Origin: an uncultured Bacteroides sp.
GTDB taxonomy: Bacteria > Bacteroidota > Bacteroidia > Bacteroidales > Bacteroidaceae
Reading direction: 5' to 3'
Assembly: GCA_949289265.1 (NCBI GenBank)
Contig: CASENE010000042.1
Span: forward strand, 859 to 64,858
Length of the DNA stretch: 64,000 nt
In this document: positions 1 through 9,333 of the stretch, one piece after another
How positions within the stretch are numbered: position 1 is the first letter of the stretch
How the letters are laid out: each line of letters begins with the position of its first letter
Program-made: the position numbers and the translations under genes
Notes under the pieces: generated by a model
What the model saw: only the letters and a program-made list of their open reading frames with translations
The model's database searches: none
Told to the model about the DNA's origin: nothing

Positions 1-1272
1 AAGGCATGCCCCAAGTGCCAGCAGCGCATGAAGGAAGAAGGCTTGGAGAATGAAAGTCAGCTGCAAAGCTACATGATAGCCCGCATAGAGCGTTACCTTA
101 ACGAAAGGGGGCGCGACATCATAGGGTGGGACGAGATTCTGGAAGGCGGGCTGGCGCCTAATGCCACCGTGATGTCGTGGCGCAGCACCGAGGCCGGCAT
201 ACGGGCGGCCGGTATGGGACACGATGCCATCATGACGCCGGAGGATTACTTCTACCTCGACCGCTATCAGGATGATCCTGAGACGCAGCCTTTGGCCTTT
301 GGCAGTACGATTCCCTTGGCCACGGTTTACTCGTATGACTTGCCGGACACCCTTTCGCCCGCAGTGGCCAAGCATGTCATCGGGGTGCAGGGCAACACGT
401 GGGCGGAATACATCCCCACGCCCGAGCATGCGGAGTACATGATATATCCGCGCGCCATGGCCATTGCCGAGGTGGGCTGGACACAGCCTGCGCATAAGGA
501 TGCCGAAAGCTTCCGCCGGCGGGTGAACCGGGAGGTGAGGTACATTGAGAATCTGGGCTATCATCCCTTCCCGCTGTCCGAACAGGTGCAGCATGCGCAA
601 CAGGTGGACTATGCCAACCGCTGCATTCGCCTGTCGCTTACCTCGGAGCGTTATCCTATAGACATCCGCTACACCACCGATGGCAGTGAGCCTACTGCCG
701 CTTCGGCTTTATACGGAGAGCCGTTTGTGGTAAAGGATTCCCTGCTGCTGGCTGCCCGCCTGTTTGACGGGGACAAGCCGCTGGGCAAGACGCTGCACCT
801 GCGCACCGACTACCATAAGGCGATAGGCAAGCCTGTGACTTATGCCTCAGGCGGCAGCTATTACACAGCTAAGGAGGCATACAAAGGAGGGGGCGACACC
901 GGGCTGGTGGATGGCAAGCGGGGAGGAAAAAGCTATGCCGACGGCTATTGGCAAGGTTTCTGTCCCAATGACTTGGATGCTACCATCGACTTGGGCGAGG
1001 TGACCGACATCCATCGCGTCATGGCATGCTTTATGCAGGTGAAGAGTCCCAATGTGTTTTTGCCCGCCCGGGTAGATGTGTATGCCTCGGTGGACGGCAA
1101 GGACTTTACCCTGCTGGGCAGTGATATCTGCACTCCGGAAGAGGCAGCCAAAGAGGTGGCCTATGTGGATATGGGATGGACGGGGGCACCTGTCCCGGTA
1201 AGATTCGTGCGCTTCCATGCCAAGCAAGACAAAGGACAATTCCTGTTTACGGACGAGGTGGTGGTGCAGTGA
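1..1272 (+). CDS. Beta-N-acetylhexosaminidase (GH20) with CHB_HEX_C/Fn3-like and F5/8-type C domains; 5' end lies before the window
   Basis: GH20 motifs IGWDEIL, VMSWR, GVQGNTWAEY, YPRAMAIAE; IRYTTDGSEP domain; C-terminal discoidin-like domain; frame open from base 1. Confidence 0.9.
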   Translation, partial: KACPKCQQRMKEEGLENESQLQSYMIARIERYLNERGRDIIGWDEILEGGLAPNATVMSWRSTEAGIRAAGMGHDAIMTPEDYFYLDRYQDDPETQPLAFGSTIPLATVYSYDLPDTLSPAVAKHVIGVQGNTWAEYIPTPEHAEYMIYPRAMAIAEVGWTQPAHKDAESFRRRVNREVRYIENLGYHPFPLSEQVQHAQQVDYANRCIRLSLTSERYPIDIRYTTDGSEPTAASALYGEPFVVKDSLLLAARLFDGDKPLGKTLHLRTDYHKAIGKPVTYASGGSYYTAKEAYKGGGDTGLVDGKRGGKSYADGYWQGFCPNDLDATIDLGEVTDIHRVMACFMQVKSPNVFLPARVDVYASVDGKDFTLLGSDICTPEEAAKEVAYVDMGWTGAPVPVRFVRFHAKQDKGQFLFTDEVVVQ

Positions 1273-1299
1273 AATGGGAATTTAACTATGTGTTTACGA

Positions 1300-1483
1300 T
1301 GGCACGCAGATGACGCAGACGGGCGCAGATGACCGCAGATTCTTAAGGGCTGCGCCATGTATCTGTCATTCTGAGCGCAAGCGAAGAATCTCCTATTATG
1401 TGAGAGATGCTTCACTAACGTTCAGCATGACGAAAAGAAAAAATCTGCGTAAATCTGCGCTCGTCTGCGTCATCTGCGTGCCA
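1300..1483. repeat. Nested inverted-repeat element: 42-bp outer arms of GCAGAT-type units around an inner 67-bp imperfect palindrome
   Basis: 1300-1341 tggcacgcagatgacgcagacgggcgcagatgaccgcagatt is the near reverse complement of 1442-1483; inner arms gtcattctgagcgcaagcgaagaatctc (1365-1392) and gagatgcttcactaacgttcagcatgac (1404-1431). Confidence 0.85.
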
Positions 1484-1560
1484 ACAAAATGCACAACGCA
1501 GCCCGATAACTTATCATTTAATATTGTACACTTACTTAATGGAATTACAAACTAACTGAT

Positions 1561-3864
1561 ATGAACCGAATTATCCGCAAAGAGCATTTCTCCGAGAAGG
1601 TCTTCAAGCTCGTGGTTGAAGCACCGCTCATCGCCCGGTCGCGCAAGGCCGGGCACTTCGTCATCGTCCGCGTGGGCGAGAAGGGCGAACGCATGCCCCT
1701 CACCATTGCCGAAGCCGACCCCGTGGCCGGAACCATCACCCTCGTGGTGCAGGAAGTGGGCCTGTCGTCCACCCGCCTGTGCGAGTTGCAGGAGGGCGAC
1801 TACATTACCGACGTCGTGGGCCCGCTGGGCCAGGCCACCCATATTGAGAACTTCGGCACCGTGGTGTGCGCCGGCGGCGGCGTGGGCGTGGCCCCCATGC
1901 TGCCCATTGTCCAGGCCCTGAAGGCGGCGGGCAACCGCGTCATCACCGTCTTGGCCGGGCGCACCAAGGAACTGATTATCCTGGAGAAGGAAATGCGCGC
2001 AAGCTCTGACGAGGTCATCATCATGACGGACGACGGCTCGTACGGACAGAAAGGCCTGGTGACGCAAGGCGTGGAGCAGGTCATCCAGCGCGAGAAGGTA
2101 GACAAGTGTTTCGCCATCGGCCCCGCCATCATGATGAAGTTCGTCTGCCTGCTCACCAAGAAGTATGGCATCCCCACCGACGTGTCGCTCAACACCATCA
2201 TGGTGGACGGCACGGGCATGTGCGGCGCCTGCCGCATCACCGTGGGCGGCAAGACCAAGTTCGTCTGCGTGGACGGCCCCGAGTTCGACGGACACCAGGT
2301 GGACTTCGACGAGATGCTGAAGCGCATGGGCGCCTTCAAGCCCTACGAGCAGGAGGAGATGCACAAGCTGGACCATCCCGACACCTGCCAGGCCACGGGC
2401 GAACCCCTCCAGGAAGAAGACAAGACCCGCAACGCCCCCTGGCGCGTGGAGCTACGCAAAGCCATGAAGCCCAAGGAGCGCACCGCCATCCCCCGCGTCA
2501 AGATGCCCGAGCTCGACCCTGAATACCGCAGCCACAGCCGCCGCGAGGAGGTGAACCTCGGACTGAACGAAGAACAGGCCCTGACCGAAGCCAAGCGCTG
2601 CCTGGACTGCGCCAACCCGGGCTGCATGACGGGTTGCCCCGTAGGCATCGACATCCCCCGCTTCATCAAGCACATCGAGAAGGGCGAGTTCCTCCAGGCC
2701 GCCAAGACCTTGAAAGAGACCAGCGCCCTACCCGCCGTCTGCGGCCGCGTGTGCCCGCAGGAGAAGCAGTGCGAGAGCCGGTGCATCCACCTGAAGATGA
2801 ACGAGCCCGCCGTGGCCATCGGCTACCTGGAACGCTTCGCCGCCGACTATGAGCGCGACAGCGGCCAAATCTCCGTGCCGGAAATCAAGGAGAAGAACGG
2901 CATCAAGGTGGCCGTCGTAGGAAGCGGTCCCGCCGGACTGTCCTTCGCGGGCGACATGGCGAAACTGGGCTACGACGTCACCGTCTTCGAGGCCCTGCAC
3001 GAGATTGGCGGCGTGCTGAAGTACGGCATCCCCGAGTTCCGCCTGCCCAACAAGATTGTAGACGTAGAGATAGACAACCTGGCCAAGATGGGCGTGCGCT
3101 TCGAGAAAGACTGCATCATCGGCAAGACGCTGAGCATCGCCCAGCTGAAAGAAGACGGCTTCCGGGGCGTGTTCGTGGCCAGCGGCGCGGGCCTGCCCAA
3201 CTTCATGAACATCCCCGGCGAGAACAGCATCAACATCCTCTCGTCCAACGAATACCTGACGCGCGTCAACCTGATGGACGCTGCCAGCGAAGACTCGGAC
3301 ACCCCCGTACCCTTCGGCAAGCGCGTGGTGGTCATCGGCGGCGGAAACACGGCCATGGACTCCGTGCGCACCGCCCGTCGCCTGGGTGCCGAACGGGCCA
3401 TCATCGTCTACCGCCGCTCGGAGGCCGAGATGCCCGCAAGAATAGAGGAAGTGAAGCACGCCAAGGAAGAGGGCGTGGAGTTCCTCACCCTGCACAACCC
3501 CATCGAGTACCTGGCCGACGAGCAGGGCCGCGTGAAGCAAGTCGTCCTGCAGAAGATGGAGCTGGGCGAACCCGATGCCTCTGGACGCCGCAGCCCCGTG
3601 CCCATCCCCGGCGCCACGGAGACCTTGGACATCGACCTGGCCATCGTCAGCGTGGGCGTCAGCCCCAACCCCATCGTGCCCCACTCCGTCGAGGGACTGG
3701 AGCTGGGCCGCAAGGGCACCATCGCGGTGAACGACGACATGCAGTCGTCCATCCCCTTCATCTTTGCCGGCGGCGACATCGTGCGCGGCGGGGCCACGGT
3801 CATCCTGGCCATGGGCGACGGACGGCGCGCGGCTGCGGCCATGGACAAGCAGTTGCGCGGATAA
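1561..3864 (+). CDS. Fused NfnA-NfnB-type flavoprotein (usually annotated dihydroorotate dehydrogenase B NAD-binding subunit/NADPH-dependent glutamate synthase)
   Basis: N-half GGGVGVAP and DGTGMCGACR...VCVDGP [2Fe-2S] motif; C-half RCLDC..C..GCP, CGRVCPQEKQCE, GSGPAG, GGGNTAMD, AGGDIVRG. Confidence 0.9.
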   Translation: MNRIIRKEHFSEKVFKLVVEAPLIARSRKAGHFVIVRVGEKGERMPLTIAEADPVAGTITLVVQEVGLSSTRLCELQEGDYITDVVGPLGQATHIENFGTVVCAGGGVGVAPMLPIVQALKAAGNRVITVLAGRTKELIILEKEMRASSDEVIIMTDDGSYGQKGLVTQGVEQVIQREKVDKCFAIGPAIMMKFVCLLTKKYGIPTDVSLNTIMVDGTGMCGACRITVGGKTKFVCVDGPEFDGHQVDFDEMLKRMGAFKPYEQEEMHKLDHPDTCQATGEPLQEEDKTRNAPWRVELRKAMKPKERTAIPRVKMPELDPEYRSHSRREEVNLGLNEEQALTEAKRCLDCANPGCMTGCPVGIDIPRFIKHIEKGEFLQAAKTLKETSALPAVCGRVCPQEKQCESRCIHLKMNEPAVAIGYLERFAADYERDSGQISVPEIKEKNGIKVAVVGSGPAGLSFAGDMAKLGYDVTVFEALHEIGGVLKYGIPEFRLPNKIVDVEIDNLAKMGVRFEKDCIIGKTLSIAQLKEDGFRGVFVASGAGLPNFMNIPGENSINILSSNEYLTRVNLMDAASEDSDTPVPFGKRVVVIGGGNTAMDSVRTARRLGAERAIIVYRRSEAEMPARIEEVKHAKEEGVEFLTLHNPIEYLADEQGRVKQVVLQKMELGEPDASGRRSPVPIPGATETLDIDLAIVSVGVSPNPIVPHSVEGLELGRKGTIAVNDDMQSSIPFIFAGGDIVRGGATVILAMGDGRRAAAAMDKQLRG

Positions 3865-3893
3865 GGCAACAAGATTAACCCATTGACAACGAC

Positions 3894-3933
3894 AAAGGCT
3901 TGCGTGCTTCTCCCGCAGAAGACGCAAGCCTTT
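3894..3933 (+). terminator. Intrinsic terminator-like hairpin after the nfnAB-like gene
   Basis: aaaggcttgcgt ... acgcaagccttt, 12-bp stem. Confidence 0.7.
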
Positions 3934-3972
3934 CTTAGTAAGCAGATATACAAAATTAAATGATAATTTATT

Positions 3973-4081
3973 AGCTACGAGCTACAAGCTACGAGCTACG
4001 AGTCAAGTGACTTTAGTTCTTAGTGCACAGCCACTTGTAGCTCGTAGCTCGTCACTTGTAGCTGCGGGGCCTCGCCCCGCT
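3973..4081. repeat. GCTACGA/GCTACAA heptamer inverted-arm hairpin plus a small GC hairpin
   Basis: agctacgagctacaagctacgagctacgag ... cttgtagctcgtagctcgtcacttgtagct, then gcggggcctcgccccgc. Confidence 0.85.
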
Positions 4082-4133
4082 AAATTCCTTTTTATAGCAT
4101 AACCTAAAATGTGAACAGCTACTTATTATTATT

Positions 4134-4733
4134 ATGGCAAAGATTATCTGGAGAGGCTTCACCCGCCACGTCGTCTCCGCGCCGCGCCAACCATTGCCGC
4201 CCGACGCCCGCCCGCTCCACGTCCCCCGGCGGCACTATTGGCTGAAAGCCATCCTGCTGGCCGCGCCTGTCTACCTGCCCGTCCTGGCCTCGCTCTATCT
4301 GAAGGACTACTTGCTGCAAACCGACATGCGGGACAAGCCCTGGATACTGGCAGGCATGTTGCTTGCCCTGCTGCTGGGCCCGCTGCACGAGTGCCTGCAC
4401 GCCTGGGCGTACCCTCGGAACGCAACGGCACACATCGGCATGCTTTATCGACGGTTACTCTTCTACATGGATTGCGGAGCGCCCATCCGCCGGGAATGTT
4501 ACTTCGCGATGTGCCTGCTGCCCGTGCTGCTCTGCCTCGTCCCTTGGACGGTCTTCCTGCTTTGCCCGGCCGATGCCAAGGCGTTGGCCTCGCTGTGCTG
4601 GGGATGCGCCATCATGTGCGCCGTGGGGCCTGCGCCGGACTACATGAACGCCCTCTGCGCCTGGCGGCAAGTGCCGCGCGGAGGTGTTTTGCAGGAAGGG
4701 GCAGACGGAAGGGATTACTGGTACCTGTCGTAG
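4134..4733 (+). CDS. DUF3267-like membrane zinc metalloprotease (zincin)
   Basis: 199 aa, several hydrophobic helices, HECLH (HExxH) motif, downstream GPAPDY segment. Confidence 0.65.
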   Translation: MAKIIWRGFTRHVVSAPRQPLPPDARPLHVPRRHYWLKAILLAAPVYLPVLASLYLKDYLLQTDMRDKPWILAGMLLALLLGPLHECLHAWAYPRNATAHIGMLYRRLLFYMDCGAPIRRECYFAMCLLPVLLCLVPWTVFLLCPADAKALASLCWGCAIMCAVGPAPDYMNALCAWRQVPRGGVLQEGADGRDYWYLS

Positions 4734-4738
4734 AAGCA

Positions 4739-4809
4739 GGCGCGGATGACGCGGATTCCACGGATTCTTTCGAGAGAGAAATATCCGCACAGTCCGCGTC
4801 ATCCGCGCC
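4739..4809. repeat. GCGGATGAC-type inverted repeat between convergent genes
   Basis: ggcgcggatgacgcggat ... gtccgcgtcatccgcgcc; unit related to the 1300-1483 arms. Confidence 0.75.
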
Positions 4810-4834
4810 CAATTCATTATGCATCAGCACACGC

Positions 4835-5185
4835 TTACACCAGCCGGTTCGTCGCCGGGTCGGGGAAGACCACCTTGGGGCGGAACGTCTTGGCCTCCTC
4901 GAAGTCCATCAGGGCGTAGGACATGATGATGACGATGTCATCCGGCTGCACCTTGCGGGCAGCGGCGCCGTTGAGGCAGATGCACCCGCTTCCGCGCTCG
5001 CCCTTGATGATGTAGGTCTCGAAGCGCTCGCCGTTGTTGTTGTCCACGATGGCCACCTTCTCGCCGGCTATCATGCCTGCGGCGTCCAGCAGGTCTTCGT
5101 CGATGGTGATGCTGCCCATGTAGTTGAGGTTGGCCTCGGTGACGCGGGCGCAGTGAATCTTGGATTTCAGTACTTCTATCAGCAT
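4835..5185 (-). CDS. panD: Aspartate 1-decarboxylase
   Basis: [11 protein letters not shown]..., YMGSITID self-cleavage site, CLNGAAAR; ATG at 5185 chosen over TTG at 5194. Confidence 0.97.
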   Translation of the reverse strand: MLIEVLKSKIHCARVTEANLNYMGSITIDEDLLDAAGMIAGEKVAIVDNNNGERFETYIIKGERGSGCICLNGAAARKVQPDDIVIIMSYALMDFEEAKTFRPKVVFPDPATNRLV

Positions 5186-5192
5186 CTTGTTC

Positions 5193-5299
5193 AATGAAGA
5201 ATTATGAATGAAGAATGAAGAATTGGCAGCGAATGAGAAAAACGTGCACGGCTTCGGTATCCACGCGATTCTTCATTCATCGATTCTTCATTCTTCATT
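5193..5299. repeat. AATGAAG heptamer inverted-arm hairpin between panC and panD
   Basis: aatgaagaattatgaatgaagaatgaagaatt ... attcttcattcatcgattcttcattcttcatt. Confidence 0.85.
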
Positions 5300-5306
5300 A
5301 AAAAGG

Positions 5307-6146
5307 TTAGTATTTTATGTTGTCAATCAGGCGCACCTCCCCGCAGAAGACGGTGATGCAGCCCACGGGATAGGCCGTGTCCTTCCAGTCGGCAATGCTT
5401 TGCAGCGTGTTGCCGTCCACCAGCTCGAAGTACTCCAGGCGCAGACCGGGGGCTGCCGCAATGCGGTCTTCCACGAACTGCTTCGTCTCGGGCACGGTGT
5501 GCGTCTTGGCATAGTCCACGCTGGCGAAGAGCGTCTGCGAGATTTGCAGGGCCTCGGCGCGCTGCTCGTCGGAGAGGCGCTTGTTGCGGCTGCTCAAGGC
5601 CAGGCCGTCGGCTTCGCGCACGATGGGGCAGCCCACTATCTGGAGGGGGAAACGCATCTGGCGCACCATCTCGCGGACGATGGCCAGCTGCTGAAAGTCC
5701 TTCTCGCCGAAGTAGGCGCGGTCGGGCTTCACCATGTCGAACAACTTGCTCACCACCTGGCAGACGCCGTCGAAGTGTCCCGGGCGGAACTTGCCCTCCA
5801 TCACCGTGTCCAGCGGCGCGTAGCTGAAGCGGCGCGTGTCCGGCTCGGGATAGACCTCGTCCACCGACGGGGCGAAGGCGATGGCGGCGCCGTGCCGCTC
5901 GAGCAGGGCGCAGTCGGCCTCCAGCGTGCGCGGATACTTCAGCAAATCGTTCTGGTCATTGAACTGGGTGGGGTTGACGAAGACGCTGACCACCGTCACG
6001 TCGTTCTCGCGCACGCTGCGGTCCACCAACGAGGCGTGACCGGCGTGCAAGGCGCCCATCGTGGGCACCAGGCCCACGCTCTTGCCTGCGGCCCGCACGG
6101 CCGACAACTCGGCCTGCAAGGCTGCCACTGTATGAATCACTTTCAT
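5307..6146 (-). CDS. panC: Pantoate--beta-alanine ligase
   Basis: [46 protein letters not shown]. Confidence 0.97.
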   Translation of the reverse strand: MKVIHTVAALQAELSAVRAAGKSVGLVPTMGALHAGHASLVDRSVRENDVTVVSVFVNPTQFNDQNDLLKYPRTLEADCALLERHGAAIAFAPSVDEVYPEPDTRRFSYAPLDTVMEGKFRPGHFDGVCQVVSKLFDMVKPDRAYFGEKDFQQLAIVREMVRQMRFPLQIVGCPIVREADGLALSSRNKRLSDEQRAEALQISQTLFASVDYAKTHTVPETKQFVEDRIAAAPGLRLEYFELVDGNTLQSIADWKDTAYPVGCITVFCGEVRLIDNIKY

Positions 6147-6194
6147 TGCACAGTATAATTAAATAACCAATCCTATTTAGTTTATACTATATTC

Positions 6195-6360
6195 AGGAGT
6201 CAGAAGGAGTTAAAAGGAGTTATCGCTTCGCTCAAGGAGTTAGATGCCAATACCTTTTGTATATCAGTGGGGCAACTATCGGCCTATAACTCCTTTTAAC
6301 TACCTGTAACTCCCTCCTACTACTAAAGATAGTATCAATTCATTTTGAACATCTACTTAT
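6195..6360. repeat. Dispersed GGAGTTA element, copy 1
   Basis: (aaggagtta)n, atcgcttcgctc, core gccaataccttttgtatatc..ggggcaactatcggcct, (taactcc)n; also at 29016 and 53324. Confidence 0.85.
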
Positions 6361-6418
6361 AAAAAATATAGCTACGTTCCGTGCGCCCGCGCCGCGCCCC
6401 CGCAAGGGGCGTTTCCTA

Positions 6419-6506
6419 GGACTATAATGCCAGCCGGCCGGGACAGTATCGCCAGCTTGCCGGGACTATAACGCCAGCCGGCCGGGACAGTATCGCCCGC
6501 TCCCGG
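6419..6506. repeat. 22-bp tandem array, 4 units in ABAB order
   Basis: ggactataatgccagccggccg / ggacagtatcgccagcttgccg / ggactataacgccagccggccg / ggacagtatcgcccgctcccgg. Confidence 0.8.
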
Positions 6507-6702
6507 CGGCAAGCCCCCCGGCTAAGCGGGTGCAAAATAAGTCATTATTTGCCACATAACGAAGAAATCGCGCGAATTTATGCCCCGCGCGCCCCCGAAA
6601 AGTCCCCGCACGCCCGCGCTTAGACCACTGAAAAGCAGGGGCTTAACAAATTATATGGAATAATAGCGTCGCGCACCGTGCACGCGCAAGCGTTTTTTTT
6701 CG

Positions 6703-6710
6703 TATCTTTG
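6703..6710 (+). promoter_or_regulatory. Bacteroidota -7 promoter box for the GT5-like/DUF4270 genes
   Basis: TATCTTTG matches TAnnTTTG, 26 nt before the ATG. Confidence 0.65.
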
Positions 6711-6736
6711 CCCCAAGAAATGAGAATATTGTGACT

Positions 6737-7570
6737 ATGACAAAGGTGAACAAGGTTTTATTCATTACGCAAGAAATCAATCCTTATGTATCTGAATCCG
6801 AGCTGGCGCTGATGGGGCGCAACCTGCCATCGGCCATCCAAGACCGCGGACGCGAAATCCGGACGTTCATGCCCAAGTGGGGCAACATCAACGAGCGCCG
6901 CAACCAGCTGCACGAGGTCATCCGTCTGTCTGGCATGAACCTCATTATTGACGACACCGACCACCCGCTCATCATCAAGGTGGCCTCCATACAGTCCTCG
7001 CGCATGCAGGTCTACTTCATCGACAACGACGACTACTTCCAGAACCGCCTGCAGACCTGCGACGAAGACGGCAACGAATATCCGGACAACGACGAGAGAG
7101 CCGTGTTCTACGCCCGCGGCGTGCTGGAGACGGTGAAGAAGCTGCGCTGGTGTCCCGACATCGTCCACTGCCACGGCTGGATGACCGCCCTGGCCCCGCT
7201 CTACCTGAAGCGCGCCTACCGCGAAGAGCCCTCGTACCGCGACAGCAAGGTCGTCTACTCACTCTACGAGACCGGCTTCAGCCAGCCCTTCCAGTCGGAC
7301 TTCGCCGCCAAGGTGGCCATGAAAGGCGTGAGCAAGAAAGACCTGGCCAACGTGCCCCAGCCCGTGGACTTCATCGCCCTCAACAAGCTGGCCATCGACT
7401 ATGCCGACGGCATCGTGCAGCAGAGCGAGCACGTCGCCCCCGAACTGCTGGACTACGCCCGCCAGAGCGGGAAGCCCTTCCTGGAGTATGCGGGCGACAA
7501 CTATGCCGACGCCTGCAACAGCTTCTACAACCTGGTGGGAGGCGCCACCGACGACGACGAGGACGAATAA
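6737..7570 (+). CDS. Glycogen/starch synthase N-terminal (GT5 catalytic-domain-like) protein; single domain, lacks KxGG
   Basis: KVLFITQEINPY, RTFMPKWG, VYFIDNDDYF, PDIVHCHGW; only 277 aa. Confidence 0.8.
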   Translation: MTKVNKVLFITQEINPYVSESELALMGRNLPSAIQDRGREIRTFMPKWGNINERRNQLHEVIRLSGMNLIIDDTDHPLIIKVASIQSSRMQVYFIDNDDYFQNRLQTCDEDGNEYPDNDERAVFYARGVLETVKKLRWCPDIVHCHGWMTALAPLYLKRAYREEPSYRDSKVVYSLYETGFSQPFQSDFAAKVAMKGVSKKDLANVPQPVDFIALNKLAIDYADGIVQQSEHVAPELLDYARQSGKPFLEYAGDNYADACNSFYNLVGGATDDDEDE

Positions 7571-7651
7571 GCGCAAGCCCCCACGCCCCGTCTATCACCC
7601 CTAACACAGAGACCCGCTCTCACATACACACAACTACACACACTGAGAACT

Positions 7652-9208
7652 ATGAAATGGAAGTTTCTTGGAGCCCTGCTGGCCGCCACGGCCCTCTTTG
7701 CCGCGTGCGACGAAGACACCGGCTCGCTGGGCCTGGACATGCTGCCCGAATCCGACGGCATGTCGGCACACACCGTCTCGTTTGACGTCATGACCGAATC
7801 CTTCTTGGCCGACTCCGTCTTTGCCAAGAGCAGCACCGGATACGTGGGCCGATACACCGACCCCGACTTTGGCTACTACGAAGCCGGATTCCTCACCGCC
7901 CTGGCCAGCACCGAATATTTCGCGCTGCCCGAAGTCTACCGGGAAACCGACTGGGACGACAAACACAACGCCACCCAGGCCACCGGCTTCATGGTAGAAG
8001 ACAAGGTGACGGACGTGCAGCTCGTCGTCTTCTACAGCAGCTGGTTCGGCGACTCGCTCAACGCCTGCCGCATGAGCGCCTACGAGCTGAACACCGCCCT
8101 CGACTACGACCGCCGGTACACCGACTTCGACCCCACGGCCTACTACGACCCGAGCACCCGGCTGGGCCAGCCGGTGACCTACTCGGCCTACAACACCACC
8201 GTGCCCGACTCCGTGCGCAACGCCACCGACTCGAACGGCAACCCGACGTACTACCCCAGCATCGTCTTCAAGCTCGACCCCGAAGAGTTCGGGCAGAAGC
8301 GCATCCTCGCCCCCTACCGGGAGAACCCCGAACGCTTCCGCGGACCGAACGCGCTGGCCGAGAACGGCATCTTCAACGGCGTCTACCTCACCACCGACCA
8401 AGGCGACGGCACCATCCTCTACGTGGACCGCGTGGACCTGCAGATACAGTTCAAGTTCTACCACGTAAACGACAGCACGGGCGTGAAGTTGAAGAAGAAA
8501 GACGGGACGGACTCCACCTACTACAGCATGCAGTCCATCTTCTCCTCCACCAAAGAGGTGGCGCAGGTCAACCACTTCACCAACCGCGAGCAACTGGCCG
8601 CCAAAGCCGCCGAAAAGGGATGGACCTACCTGAAGTCGCCCGCCGGCATCTTCACCCAGGCCACCCTGCCCTACGACGAAATCTACAGCCAGCTGGCCAA
8701 CGACACGCTGAACGCCGCGCGCCTCACCTTCACCAACTACCGGCAGGACGACACGCACGACTTCGCCATGTCGCCCTCCAGCCAGGTGCTGCTGGTGCGC
8801 AAGCAGGACTACGTGCGCTTCTTCGAGAACAACGAACTGCCGGACGACGTGACCTCCTACATCGCCACGCTCAGCAGCGGCAGCAACCGCCAATACACCT
8901 TCGGCAACATCGCCCGCCTGGTGTCCAACTGCATCAACGAGAAACGGCAGGCGCTGAAGGCCACCGGCCTGAGCGAAGAAGCCTGGGAGGCCGCCAACCC
9001 CGACTGGGACAAGGTGCTGCTCATCCCCGTAAGCGTCACCTACGACTCCGGCAGCTCCACCTCGACACGCGTCATCGGCATCCGGCACAACCTGGAGCCG
9101 AGCTATGCCAAGCTGCAGGGCGGCCCCGAGCGCGACAGCAACGGCAAGCTGAAGAGCCCGCTGAAGCTGGAAGTGACCTACACGCACTTTGCCGGGGAGG
9201 ACGACTGA
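7652..9208 (+). CDS. DUF4270 family lipoprotein
   Basis: Lipobox LFAA-C followed by acidic DED; YVGRYTDP, LKSPAGIFT motifs; position next to the glycogen synthase-like gene typical of Bacteroidota. Confidence 0.8.
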   Translation: MKWKFLGALLAATALFAACDEDTGSLGLDMLPESDGMSAHTVSFDVMTESFLADSVFAKSSTGYVGRYTDPDFGYYEAGFLTALASTEYFALPEVYRETDWDDKHNATQATGFMVEDKVTDVQLVVFYSSWFGDSLNACRMSAYELNTALDYDRRYTDFDPTAYYDPSTRLGQPVTYSAYNTTVPDSVRNATDSNGNPTYYPSIVFKLDPEEFGQKRILAPYRENPERFRGPNALAENGIFNGVYLTTDQGDGTILYVDRVDLQIQFKFYHVNDSTGVKLKKKDGTDSTYYSMQSIFSSTKEVAQVNHFTNREQLAAKAAEKGWTYLKSPAGIFTQATLPYDEIYSQLANDTLNAARLTFTNYRQDDTHDFAMSPSSQVLLVRKQDYVRFFENNELPDDVTSYIATLSSGSNRQYTFGNIARLVSNCINEKRQALKATGLSEEAWEAANPDWDKVLLIPVSVTYDSGSSTSTRVIGIRHNLEPSYAKLQGGPERDSNGKLKSPLKLEVTYTHFAGEDD

Positions 9209-9255
9209 GGCCGCGTCCGCCCCTCGCCCGCAATCATTTCATCTCTTCCTATACC

Positions 9256-9292
9256 AAAGCGCCCCGGACCTTCCGTTGGTCCGGGGCGCTTT
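9256..9292. terminator. Bidirectional terminator between convergent DUF4270 and GH57 genes
   Basis: aaagcgccccggacc-ttccgtt-ggtccggggcgcttt, perfect 15-bp stem. Confidence 0.85.
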
Positions 9293-9333
9293 CTCTTTCC
9301 GGGCGCGTCCTTTGCAGGCGCGACGTCCGGGCT

